Positions 54,985-64,000 of a stretch of 64,000 nucleotides of DNA are shown one piece after another. The notes under the pieces were generated by a model that had not been told where the DNA came from, did not search any database, and was given only the letters and a program-made list of their open reading frames with translations. The stretch's first letter is position 1. Each line of letters opens with the position of its first letter. A program made the position numbers and the translations under genes. Source of the DNA: Flavobacteriales bacterium (GTDB lineage Bacteria; Bacteroidota; Bacteroidia; UBA10329). Location of the stretch: NCBI GenBank assembly GCA_020635535.1, contig JACJZP010000013.1, positions 16,358-80,357 on the forward strand, given 5' to 3'.

Positions 54985-57900
54985 ATGCGCGCACAATCAT
55001 TCATTCGTATTTCATTGTTGCTGCTGTGCTTATTGAATAGCATGGTAACGGTGGCGCAATATCAGATAAATGGTGCCGCAAGTCAGATGTCGTGCAACTG
55101 CTTTCAGCTAACGCCCGATGCTCCCAATGTAGGCGGGTCGGTTTGGAATGTGAACCAGATTGATCTGACCAATCCATTTGATTATAGCTTCCAAGTTTTT
55201 CTTGGTTGTGATGAATGGGGTGCCGATGGAATCGGATTCGTTCTTCAGCCCGTCAATGTCAATCAGGGTGGGCCATCAAGTTCCTTGGGCTATGGCGGAA
55301 TTGTACCATCGCTTATCGTGGAAGTGGATACATGGCCGAATGACCAAACGATGAGCGACCCACAGGAAGATCACATTGCCATTCTTAGGAATGGTGATCC
55401 CAACCACGGTTCGGTCAACAATTTGGCAGGACCTGTTACGGCAAGTTCCACCCAGAACAACATTGAAGACTGCCAATGGCATCTTATTCGGATTGTTTGG
55501 AGTCCAAGCTTGAATTCGTTCACTGTCTATTTTGATGGGGTTTTCCGAACGAGTTACACTGGAGATATCATCAACAACATCTTCAATGGAAACCCGAATG
55601 TTTATTGGGGTTGGACAGGTGGAACTGGAAGTGCCAGTGCTGATCAACGTTTCTGCAATGCGATCTTTCCTGTCTATACGATTACCAGTAACTCATCTTG
55701 CGTTGGAGATCAGATCGTGTTTCAAGATGCATCGATCACTTCGTCTGGAAACATTACCAACTATAGCTGGAATTTCGGAGATGGATCCACTGGAACAGGA
55801 AATCCCGCTACGCATACATACTCCACTTCTGGCAACTTCAACGTAGAGTTGACCATTACTACAGAAGGTTGTACTGAAGACACGATCATTCCTATTACGA
55901 TAGACCCAACTCCTACCGTTAACCTTGGGCCTGATCTGAATATATGTTTGGGAGATAACGTGCAGTTGAACAATCCCAATAATCTCGGGAGTGGTACTTA
56001 TTCCTGGTCGCCAACCACGAGTTTGAGCAGTCCATCGGCACCCAGCCCGACCTCCGCAACCACGTCAACCATCAACTATACACTGACTTACACCTCTAAC
56101 AACGGTTGTTCTGGTTCAGACAATGTTCAAGTTATTGTCAATCCACTTCCAGTGGCCAATGCTGGTACAGATGCAACCATTTGTCAGAATGATCAGGCGC
56201 AATTACAGGCAACTGGTGGGGTGAATTATGCTTGGAGTCCAGCTGGTTCTTTGGATGACCCAACTTCAGCAACGCCCAACGCATCTCCAACTACAACAAC
56301 CACATACACAGTTACGGTTTCAGATGCAAACAACTGCACCGCCACCGATGATGTTACTGTAACGGTTGTGCCCGCACCAACCGTTGATGCAGGACAGAAT
56401 CAGAATATCTGCGAAGGAGACATGGTTCAGATGAATGCAACTGGTGTGGGAAACTTTTCATGGTCTCCTTCAGCGGGCTTGAGCAGCACAACCATTGCCA
56501 ACCCCAATGCGAACCCTATTGTAACAACCACATATTACGTGACACTTACAGATGCTAACAATTGCAGTGCTACTGATAGTGTAGTTGTTGATGTTGATCC
56601 GATACCTGTTGCAGATTTTCCTGACCCGGTTCCAGCCTGCGATGGAAATCCGGTTCAATTCAGTGAGAATTCCACCGGGAACGTTGTCAATTACCTTTGG
56701 ACATTCGGTGATGGACAGACAGGGACGGGAGCCAATCCTTCCCATGTTTATCCTGCCATTGGCACCTATAATGTTTCGCTAACTGTAACGAGTAACAATG
56801 GATGTACCTCAAGCACCAGTGGAACAGCAGAGGTGGTCAATGGTCCAACTCCAGATTTTTCGGTTGACAATGGCCCGGACATCTGCGTAGGGGAAGAGCT
56901 GGAGATCATTGATAATAGCTCTGGACCCATTGCCTCTTACGAATGGAATTTTGGTGATGGCAACACATCGGCATCTACGCAACCAGTTCAGGTATATTCA
57001 ACTCCAGGTACATATTCTGTGTTGTTGACACTGACCGCACCTGATCAATGTATGAATACACAAACGGTTGAAATTCAGGTTTATCCATTGCCCGTAGCGG
57101 ACTTTTCATTTACATCTGCTTGCGAAGGTCAATCAACTGGTTTTACCGACCATTCTACTGTTGCCACGGGCAGCGTTGTTGGTTGGGAATGGTATTTTGA
57201 TGATGGTTCGCCAATTGAATACAGTTCTACTCTGAACCATGCCTATGCTACTACAGGTAGCTATAACGTTATGTTGATATCGCAGACTGATGAAGGTTGT
57301 AGAGATACGGTCTATCATCAAGTATCTGTTAATCCAACACCAAATGTGCAGATTACGGCAGCAGACGGTTGTCTTGGAGATGAAACCTCGTTTACAAATT
57401 CAACTACTCCCAACAATACTATAGCAATGTGGGAATGGCAGTTTGGTGACGGTCAAGTTTCAAACCAGTTTGAACCGACTCACCTTTATGCAACTGCCGA
57501 TACGTTTCTGGTTCAGCTTACGGCTACTACTGACAGTGGCTGTGCAGCCGTGGGGTCAACCCAGCTGTCTGTTTATCCATATCCTGAGCCTGCATTCAGT
57601 GTGAGTGATATTGAGGGATGTACACCAATGGAGATCTCATTTACCAACGAATCTACCATTGATGGAGATTACGCTATTGGTAGCTACCAATGGATTTTCG
57701 GGGATGGAACGAGTTCTACAGAAACATCGCCAAACCATATATATGTAACTGATGGTCAGTTTGATGTAAGCTTGGTGGCTACAACAGATATCGGTGGATG
57801 TTCTGACACGATTACACTCAGCAGTCTTTTGAGTATCTATCTTACACCCAGAGCATCATTCACATTCAGACCAACTGATGCCAGCATGCTGGATCCAAGG

Positions 57901-58359
57901 ATATTTTTCAGGAACACATCAATCAATGCCGTGGATTTCTATTGGGATTTTGGGGATGAGAATGCATCAACAGAGTCTGATCCAATGAATGCCTATCCGG
58001 CCGAAGGGGATTATTTGGTTACGTTAGTGGCAAGCAATGGCATCTGCTCATCTACCACGGTACGAGAACTGCATATCGACCCGGAAACATTCCTCTATAT
58101 CCCCAATTCGTTTACCCCTAATGGCGATGGATTGAATGACGGTTTCATTCCAAAGGGTATTGGAATTGAAGATTTCAAGATGACCATTTTTGATAGATGG
58201 GGAAAAGAACTTTACTATACAAATACGATGGATCAGCCTTGGAGAGGCTGGTTCAATGGACTTGAACTTCCGATCGATACCTACGTGTACCGAATTGAAA
58301 TTCTGGATGTAAAAGGAGAGGTTAGGAAATTTCTTGGTAGTGTTAATCTGGTCCGTTGA
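54985..58359 (+). CDS. giant T9SS cargo: L-type (legume-like) lectin domain, Ig-like and PKD repeats, type B C-terminal domain
   Basis: Signal peptide. Lectin block GADGIGFVLQPV...LIVEVDTWPND...DHIAILRNG. PKD motifs YSWNFGDGS, YLWTFGDGQ, YEWNFGDGN, WEWYFDDGS, WEWQFGDGQ, YQWIFGDGT, YWDFGDEN. The C-terminus has IPNSFTPNGDGLNDGF...FDRWGKELY...DTYVYRI. Confidence 0.85.
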   Translation: MRAQSFIRISLLLLCLLNSMVTVAQYQINGAASQMSCNCFQLTPDAPNVGGSVWNVNQIDLTNPFDYSFQVFLGCDEWGADGIGFVLQPVNVNQGGPSSSLGYGGIVPSLIVEVDTWPNDQTMSDPQEDHIAILRNGDPNHGSVNNLAGPVTASSTQNNIEDCQWHLIRIVWSPSLNSFTVYFDGVFRTSYTGDIINNIFNGNPNVYWGWTGGTGSASADQRFCNAIFPVYTITSNSSCVGDQIVFQDASITSSGNITNYSWNFGDGSTGTGNPATHTYSTSGNFNVELTITTEGCTEDTIIPITIDPTPTVNLGPDLNICLGDNVQLNNPNNLGSGTYSWSPTTSLSSPSAPSPTSATTSTINYTLTYTSNNGCSGSDNVQVIVNPLPVANAGTDATICQNDQAQLQATGGVNYAWSPAGSLDDPTSATPNASPTTTTTYTVTVSDANNCTATDDVTVTVVPAPTVDAGQNQNICEGDMVQMNATGVGNFSWSPSAGLSSTTIANPNANPIVTTTYYVTLTDANNCSATDSVVVDVDPIPVADFPDPVPACDGNPVQFSENSTGNVVNYLWTFGDGQTGTGANPSHVYPAIGTYNVSLTVTSNNGCTSSTSGTAEVVNGPTPDFSVDNGPDICVGEELEIIDNSSGPIASYEWNFGDGNTSASTQPVQVYSTPGTYSVLLTLTAPDQCMNTQTVEIQVYPLPVADFSFTSACEGQSTGFTDHSTVATGSVVGWEWYFDDGSPIEYSSTLNHAYATTGSYNVMLISQTDEGCRDTVYHQVSVNPTPNVQITAADGCLGDETSFTNSTTPNNTIAMWEWQFGDGQVSNQFEPTHLYATADTFLVQLTATTDSGCAAVGSTQLSVYPYPEPAFSVSDIEGCTPMEISFTNESTIDGDYAIGSYQWIFGDGTSSTETSPNHIYVTDGQFDVSLVATTDIGGCSDTITLSSLLSIYLTPRASFTFRPTDASMLDPRIFFRNTSINAVDFYWDFGDENASTESDPMNAYPAEGDYLVTLVASNGICSSTTVRELHIDPETFLYIPNSFTPNGDGLNDGFIPKGIGIEDFKMTIFDRWGKELYYTNTMDQPWRGWFNGLELPIDTYVYRIEILDVKGEVRKFLGSVNLVR

Positions 58360-59025
58360 TCAACGGAAGTCTACCACATCAAAGTCCTGATCTTCAAATT
58401 TCTTTTTATCAAAGGCGAAAACCGAAGCAGGAACACTGGTGTCCGTTTTCATCTCCTTTACCTTCAGTAGATAGTTTGTGCCATCTTTTCCAAAGGTTTT
58501 AGAGTAAACGATGTGGTTGGTTTTCGCATCCACTCCTAATCTTACTCTTGAATAGGGCTTCTTGCCCGGGTCTTCAGGAAAGAGATCCACGGTCTCAACA
58601 GATTTTCCGTCAATTGTTTCCGATGCATGGAACTTGCTCTTGAAACCTTTATCATATTGATTGAAGATGTTACTTGGGTCGAGATCAGTTTCGGCTTTGA
58701 AATCTTCCAATGATTTAATCTGAACCTCAAGGTCTTCTTTCATCACATACCACACAATTTCACCATCGCTGTAGATGTCTTGCCCCATGAGTTGCAGATG
58801 GAATTTATTCCCAGAAAGCGTCAGTTGTCCATCTCGTGTATCATTAATGCCTGCTTCCTGATTTTCCAATGTGTAACTGAACTTCACCTGAATGTCTTTG
58901 TAAGCTTTGTTTGTATCGCTCACCTTCTTCAAAATGGCTTCGGCCTTCGGGTCATTCTGTGCCGCAACGGCAAATGGAATCAATAATATGGTTAGGATGC
59001 GTGTGATCATTTTCAATTCTTTCAA
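58360..59025 (-). CDS. lolA: LolA-like outer-membrane lipoprotein carrier protein
   Basis: ~220 aa with signal peptide ..ILTILLIPFAVAAQ and a LolA-like pattern (FSYTLEN...GQLTLSGNKFHL). It lies directly downstream of ftsK and overlaps it by 4 nt, a gene order also seen in E. coli. Confidence 0.6.
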   Translation of the reverse strand: MKELKMITRILTILLIPFAVAAQNDPKAEAILKKVSDTNKAYKDIQVKFSYTLENQEAGINDTRDGQLTLSGNKFHLQLMGQDIYSDGEIVWYVMKEDLEVQIKSLEDFKAETDLDPSNIFNQYDKGFKSKFHASETIDGKSVETVDLFPEDPGKKPYSRVRLGVDAKTNHIVYSKTFGKDGTNYLLKVKEMKTDTSVPASVFAFDKKKFEDQDFDVVDFR

Positions 59026-61454
59026 CTCTCGTTTTGCAACTTCTGTTCCAAACTCATTTCGTCCTGTATCAGCACTTGTCGCGCCTTACTTCCTTCATGT
59101 GGTCCAATGATGCCTGCGGCCTCTAATTGGTCCACAATTCTACCTGCGCGGTTATAGCCCAGTTTCAATCTGCGTTGAAGTAGGGACGCAGAACCCTGCT
59201 GGTGCTGAACAACGATTCTTGCGGCTTCTTCAAACAGCGCATCACGGTCACCCATATCGAAATCTCCGTAATCACTACTACTGTCATCGATATACTCAGG
59301 CAGTTCGTAAGTGCTTGGGTATGCCTGTTGCGATCCAATGTAATCCACCACTTTCTCAACCTCTGGAGTGTCTATGAACGCGCATTGAATACGTACCATG
59401 TCATTACCTGTGGAAAGGAGCATGTCTCCGCGTCCTATCAACTGATCGGCACCGCCCGCATCAAGAATGGTTCTTGAATCAATTTTGGAAGTAACACGGA
59501 ATGCAATACGTGCGGGGAAGTTGGCCTTAATGGTTCCTGTAATGATGTTTACCGAAGGTCGCTGAGTAGCAACGATCAAGTGAATACCAATGGCACGTGC
59601 TAACTGTGCCAAACGTGCAATAGGAGTTTCAATTTCTTTACCGGCCGTCATAATAAGGTCGGCAAACTCGTCAATTACCAGTACAATGTAAGGTAGGAAC
59701 TTGTGCCCTTCTCTGGGATTCAGTTTGCGAGCGATGAACTTGGCGTTGTATTCCTTCAAGTTGCGGCATTGCGCATTCTTAAGCAATTCGTACCGATTGT
59801 CCATCTCCAAACATAGAGAGTTAACTGTGGTTACCACTTTCTGTGTGTCGGTTATGATGGCCTCTTCAGAATCAGGCAATTTGGCCAAGAAATGTCGCTC
59901 GATCTTGTTGAACAGGGTGAGTTCAACCTTTTTCGGGTCAACCAGCACGAATTTGACCTGTGCGGGATGCTTCTTGTAAAGGATGGAAGCGAGGATACAG
60001 TTCAATCCTACCGATTTACCCTGACCCGTGGCACCGGCCATTAACAAGTGAGGCATCTTGGCAAGGTCTGCCACGTATGTTTCGTTGCTGATGGTCTTGC
60101 CCAATGCAATGGGCAGCTCCATTTTTGAATGCTGGAACTTTTCTGAACTCAACACTGCTTTCATAGAAACCGTGTCCGGGTTCTGATTCGGTACCTCGAT
60201 ACCGATAGTGCCCTTACCTGGAATCGGGGCAATGATCCGGATTCCAAGCGCAGATAGGCTCAGAGCGATATCATCCTCCAAATTCTTGATCTTGGAGATG
60301 CGGATACCCGGGGCTGGAACAATCTCGTAAAGCGTTACAGTTGGCCCAATGGTAGCTTTAATGCGATCTATCTCAATGTTGTAATTCTTAAGGGTGGAGA
60401 CGATTCTGTTCTTGTTCGATTCCAACTCCTCCTGATCCACGGAGATTTCTCCTTTCCCATAGGCTTCAAGTAGGTCGAGAGTGGGTTTCTTGTAGTGACT
60501 CAGGTCAAGGGTAGGGTCGTATTCGCCCATTCCTTCGCCATCATCCTCATCAACAGTTTCTTCTGAAACCACTGTTTGCTCAACTTCAAATGCCACGTCA
60601 GATTCATCTTCCACCATCTTAACCGTTTCAGTTTTGGTAACGGTTGTTTCTGGTGCTGATGTTTCCAACTCAAGTTCCGTATGCGGTTCATCAGGCTCTT
60701 CTTCCATCGTCAACTCAGCTTCTTCCTCAGCCTCTCGAACTTCTGCAAGGTTGAGCTCGTTGGTTTTAACCGTTACATCTGCAACGGGTGCAAAGTCTTC
60801 TTCTGCTTCCGAATCAATATCTGCAGATTCCTTTTTCGCAAACACGGACCGAATGGCATCAACCGAAAAATTGAACACAACCGCCATGTAAATTACGGCA
60901 AGGAAGAGCAGAAGCATTGCTGTACCGGCCGAACCGATCAGACTGCTTGTCCAGCGATTGAGTTGGAATCCGAGTGAGCCACTTAGGTTGGCGTTTTCGG
61001 TAAACAGGTAACCCATTGCCAATGGAACAAAATACAAGAAGAACAATGAATGTTTAACCGAGCGCCCCAAAGGCAAAAGCGCCTTTCTGAACATCACCTG
61101 AAAGCCAATGAGCAAGAACAGGAAAGGGAAGAGGAAGGCTGAAATGCCGAACCAACTATGAATGAACTTTTCCGCTACAATTGCCCCAAACTTACCCATC
61201 CAATTGTCAACCTTTTCTTCTGGGTTGATGAGCGTGTCGCCAAATTCCTGAAGTTGGCTTTGGTCGTTCATGCCAGCATCTACCAGATGCGAAATGAAGG
61301 AAAGTGTTAGAAACGCGGAAATGACAATGAAAAAGATGCCAAGAATGGTGCGCGTACGCGAATCTGCAAGGAATTCGAAGAGGCTATTCTTACCGTCTTT
61401 CTTTCCCTTGGAATTCGTCTTTTTTGAACTGGATTTTTCCTGTTTCTCGGCCAT
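59022..61454 (-). CDS. ftsK: DNA translocase FtsK
   Basis: N-terminal TM helices and an acidic linker. Motor domain with Walker A AGATGQGKS and Walker B IVLVIDEFADL, plus RLAQLARAIGIHLIVATQRPS. C-terminal gamma winged-helix GSASLLQRRLKLGYNRAGRIVDQLE. Confidence 0.95.
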   Translation of the reverse strand: MAEKQEKSSSKKTNSKGKKDGKNSLFEFLADSRTRTILGIFFIVISAFLTLSFISHLVDAGMNDQSQLQEFGDTLINPEEKVDNWMGKFGAIVAEKFIHSWFGISAFLFPFLFLLIGFQVMFRKALLPLGRSVKHSLFFLYFVPLAMGYLFTENANLSGSLGFQLNRWTSSLIGSAGTAMLLLFLAVIYMAVVFNFSVDAIRSVFAKKESADIDSEAEEDFAPVADVTVKTNELNLAEVREAEEEAELTMEEEPDEPHTELELETSAPETTVTKTETVKMVEDESDVAFEVEQTVVSEETVDEDDGEGMGEYDPTLDLSHYKKPTLDLLEAYGKGEISVDQEELESNKNRIVSTLKNYNIEIDRIKATIGPTVTLYEIVPAPGIRISKIKNLEDDIALSLSALGIRIIAPIPGKGTIGIEVPNQNPDTVSMKAVLSSEKFQHSKMELPIALGKTISNETYVADLAKMPHLLMAGATGQGKSVGLNCILASILYKKHPAQVKFVLVDPKKVELTLFNKIERHFLAKLPDSEEAIITDTQKVVTTVNSLCLEMDNRYELLKNAQCRNLKEYNAKFIARKLNPREGHKFLPYIVLVIDEFADLIMTAGKEIETPIARLAQLARAIGIHLIVATQRPSVNIITGTIKANFPARIAFRVTSKIDSRTILDAGGADQLIGRGDMLLSTGNDMVRIQCAFIDTPEVEKVVDYIGSQQAYPSTYELPEYIDDSSSDYGDFDMGDRDALFEEAARIVVQHQQGSASLLQRRLKLGYNRAGRIVDQLEAAGIIGPHEGSKARQVLIQDEMSLEQKLQNES

Positions 61455-61469
61455 TCCTCCCTAAGCTTC

Positions 61470-61477
61470 CAAATGTA
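61470..61477 (-). promoter_or_regulatory. candidate -7 promoter box TACATTTG (minus strand) upstream of ftsK
   Basis: The reverse complement of CAAATGTA matches TAnnTTTG and ends 16 nt upstream of the ftsK ATG at 61454. Confidence 0.3.
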
Positions 61478-61542
61478 AGAAAAACGCGAACAAGCGTGCT
61501 TACAGTACTTAGTTAAAGCAACAGGAAAGTGGTTATTCTGAA

Positions 61543-62244
61543 TTAGAAGCTTTGGAAGATGTCGGCCATCTCCTGAACAGAGATGGGCTGATATTGCTGC
61601 GTTATCACAAAATCTTCGTCAGGATACTCTTCTGCAACAACTTCTTTGGCGATCATATGCATGTCAATGTTGAACTTGTTGACGGTGGCTTCCATAAGAA
61701 CACCCTTAACTTCATGAAATGGTGTGCACCAGTTTGGCTCTTCAACTCCTATCTCAGTGGTATAGAATAGGCTGAAGTTTTTCGTAGAGTCTTCCACAAA
61801 CGTTACAAAAGCATGCTTGCACTCATAGCCGGCAATCATCTTTGTGCTGTCAGTTGGAGTAATTGTCATTCCATCTGGCTTCTTGCCATACTCCTCCATG
61901 ATCTCTACACTATCCATTTCAAGACCAGAGTACTTGTTTGCAATTTTCACAAGATGGGTAACCTTCTTTTCCTTGTTGTTGGCCAACAGCAACGTGCTGA
62001 ACACTGCCATAGAGGTTGTGAGTTCATTTCGAGTGTTATTGTCCTTGAAACGGAAGGTCATCTCACTCGGAAACATGGAAGTGAAAATGTTATCCTCCTT
62101 AAACTGCGGATAGGTTAGCGTGTAAACGATCTTGCCTTCGGTTATTCGCTTTTTACCAGTTGATTGATCCGAGTTTGACTGGCAGCCAGTGGAAATGATC
62201 AACACCCACATAGGCAATAACAGATACAGAAACTTAAGTCTCAA
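61543..62244 (-). CDS. lipoprotein of unknown function
   Basis: MRLKFLYLLLPMWVLIISTGCQS has a lipobox with Cys. 233 aa. No named motif recognised. Confidence 0.5.
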   Translation of the reverse strand: MRLKFLYLLLPMWVLIISTGCQSNSDQSTGKKRITEGKIVYTLTYPQFKEDNIFTSMFPSEMTFRFKDNNTRNELTTSMAVFSTLLLANNKEKKVTHLVKIANKYSGLEMDSVEIMEEYGKKPDGMTITPTDSTKMIAGYECKHAFVTFVEDSTKNFSLFYTTEIGVEEPNWCTPFHEVKGVLMEATVNKFNIDMHMIAKEVVAEEYPDEDFVITQQYQPISVQEMADIFQSF

Positions 62245-62400
62245 ATTCAGTTCTTTTAAGAAGTTTCAGTTCCCGATTCCTGTTTGTCCTAAGACGCCCG
62301 AAAATAATAACTAAGTCGGTTTTCCAAATTTCTCTTAGTCCATATTTACGAGTATCTCGTAACGTAAAACCATACTAAAGGTTACCGTTTGTCGAAAAAA

Positions 62401-63789
62401 TCAGTATCCCAAGGTTTCAAGCATTCCTTTATGTCCTTGCTCTTCTGAAAAGAGTTCGGATACGATCTTACCATTCTCATCCTTGTAAACCACGATCTGC
62501 TTGGGCGATGGAATGAGGCAATGCTGTATGCCACCGTAGCCGCCTAAGGCATTCTGGTAGGCGCCCGTATTGAAGAAGCCGATGTAAAGCGGTTCGTTTC
62601 TGCGGAATTCAGGTAGATAAATGTTGTTCACGTGGGCTTCCGTGTTGTAGTAGTCCTGACTGTCGCAGGTAAGGCCGCCTAGGTTGACCCGCTCATAAGT
62701 GCTGTCCCAACGGTTTACGGCCAGCATAATGAAACGCTGGTTGATGGCCCATGTGTCGGGCAGGGTGGTAATGAACGAACTGTCTATCATGTTCCACCAT
62801 TCCACATCGTTCTGTTTTTTCTGGTCGATGATGGAGTAGAGGGTGGCTCCGCTTTCCCCAACTGTGTAGCTACCGAATTCGGAGAAGATGTTCGGTTCCG
62901 GAACGCCTTCCTTCTCGCAGAACTCCTTTACCTGACGCACAATTTCGCCCGCCATGTACTGGTAATCGTACTCATCTGCCAACGAGTGTTTGATGGGGAA
63001 ACCGCCACCGATGTTCAACGAGTCCAACGTAGGGCATTCCTGCTTCAGGTCGCAGTACACGCGGAGGCATTTCTGCAACTCGTTCCAGTAGTAAAGACTG
63101 TCCTCAATACCATTATCGATGAAGAAGTGCAGCATCTTCAGTTTGAAGTGCTTCTCCTTGCGTAGCACGTTCATGTAGTAATCCTGTATCTCGCGATGTC
63201 GGATTCCCAAACGGGCCGTGTAGTAGTTCGATTGCGGTTCTTCGCCCGTGGCAATGCGGATACCCACGTTGCACTCGCGCTTCACCAACGGACGGAAATG
63301 CTCCAGCTCGTCCAAGTTATCGAGTACCGGAAGGCTGTTGAAACCATCGTTTATCAGTTCTGAAATGAGCTGAACATACAGATCGCGCTTGTAGCCGTTG
63401 TGTACCAGAAAGGTGTCTTTACTAATGCGGCCCTGCTCATACAGCTTGCGCACAATATGAATATCGAAGGCAGAGGAGGTCTCTATATGGATATCGTTCT
63501 TGAGCGCTTCGTTTAGCACGTAGCTGAAATGCGAACTCTTGGTGCAGTAGCAATAGGTGTAGTTGCCCTGGTAGTTGTACTGTTCCATGGCGGTGCTGAA
63601 GTAGACCTTGGCCTTCTGTATCTGCTCCGAAATGCGGGGCAGGTAGCTCAGTTTAAGCGGTGTTCCGTACTGTTTGATGATGGCCATCAGGTCGATGCCA
63701 TGGAAGTACAGTTGATTGTCCTTTACTTCAAAACCCTCTTGCGGAAACTCGAAGGTCTGATCGATGAGGTTGTAGTAGTTGTTCTCCAT
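62401..63789 (-). CDS. speA: arginine decarboxylase (PLP-dependent, alanine-racemase-fold Orn/Lys/Arg decarboxylase family)
   Basis: 462 aa. YGTPLKLSYLPRI near the N-terminus, YCTKS (PLP-Lys context), a GGGFPI glycine loop, and a GGLTCDS region. Length and layout fit the short Bacteroidota SpeA type. Confidence 0.7.
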   Translation of the reverse strand: MENNYYNLIDQTFEFPQEGFEVKDNQLYFHGIDLMAIIKQYGTPLKLSYLPRISEQIQKAKVYFSTAMEQYNYQGNYTYCYCTKSSHFSYVLNEALKNDIHIETSSAFDIHIVRKLYEQGRISKDTFLVHNGYKRDLYVQLISELINDGFNSLPVLDNLDELEHFRPLVKRECNVGIRIATGEEPQSNYYTARLGIRHREIQDYYMNVLRKEKHFKLKMLHFFIDNGIEDSLYYWNELQKCLRVYCDLKQECPTLDSLNIGGGFPIKHSLADEYDYQYMAGEIVRQVKEFCEKEGVPEPNIFSEFGSYTVGESGATLYSIIDQKKQNDVEWWNMIDSSFITTLPDTWAINQRFIMLAVNRWDSTYERVNLGGLTCDSQDYYNTEAHVNNIYLPEFRRNEPLYIGFFNTGAYQNALGGYGGIQHCLIPSPKQIVVYKDENGKIVSELFSEEQGHKGMLETLGY

Positions 63790-63888
63790 TTTGCTGCGTG
63801 CAAAGATGTAAGAAAACAGAAATGCTGCTTGTTTTTGGTGTTAAACTTTGGTGGCCGTTGGCCGAATGATGCACTACCTTCACGCATC

Positions 63889-64000
63889 ATGAAAAGACTG
63901 TTCATCATCGGGTCGGTAACATTGCTGATGTCATGCTCCAAAGAAGACCTCCCTTGGTATCAGAAAAAGGTGATAGAAGACCTAACGCCACAAGGGCAGC
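63889..64000 (+). CDS. lipoprotein, 5' fragment (continues beyond window)
   Basis: ATG 63889 gives MKRLFIIGSVTLLMSCSKEDLPWYQKK... with a lipobox. The frame stays open to the window end. It is absent from the ORF track because fewer than 60 aa lie in the window. Confidence 0.35.
   Translation, partial: MKRLFIIGSVTLLMSCSKEDLPWYQKKVIEDLTPQGQ

Noticed and set aside
63723-63941. 72-aa minus-strand ORF upstream of speA
   Set aside because: It overlaps the speA 5' end and the better-supported plus-strand lipoprotein start at 63889. It has no motifs.

Overview
The window looks like Bacteroidota chromosome. The evidence is T9SS type A and type B C-terminal sorting domains, TAnnTTTG promoter-like boxes, and ftsK-lolA and tpiA-prmA housekeeping blocks. 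It has three parts. (1) 1-8570 is core: a DoxX/MauE-type membrane protein, an orphan Dpp/Opp-type permease, tpiA, prmA, a 1473-aa secreted orphan protein and tRNA-Arg(ACG). (2) 8556-32158 is a ~23.6-kb integrative island in the 3' end of that tRNA. It is bounded by a 15-nt direct repeat and has matching tandem arm-type repeats inside both ends. Its cargo is a 2899-aa S8-protease/adhesin with a T9SS sorting domain and one minus-strand type I R-M operon split by two extra genes: hsdM, a Doc-type Fic/RhuM protein, an ABC-ATPase/Toprim-like protein, hsdS, hsdR. An int-orf-xis-ATPase-primase module follows. A 56-bp duplicate of the hsdM 3' end marks where the Fic cassette entered. This restriction-linked module is my best candidate for an undescribed defence system. 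(3) 32159-64000 is core again: two YwqK/MORN proteins, four giant T9SS type B surface proteins, an M15B peptidase, a LamG T9SS protein, guaA, a LysM/PBP protein, hemF, lolA, ftsK, a lipoprotein and speA. Two adjacent giant paralogues share ~1.35 kb with no mismatch I could find, which suggests recent gene conversion. No rRNA, CRISPR array, transposase or phage structural gene was seen. All family assignments come from motif recognition by eye. No searches were run.
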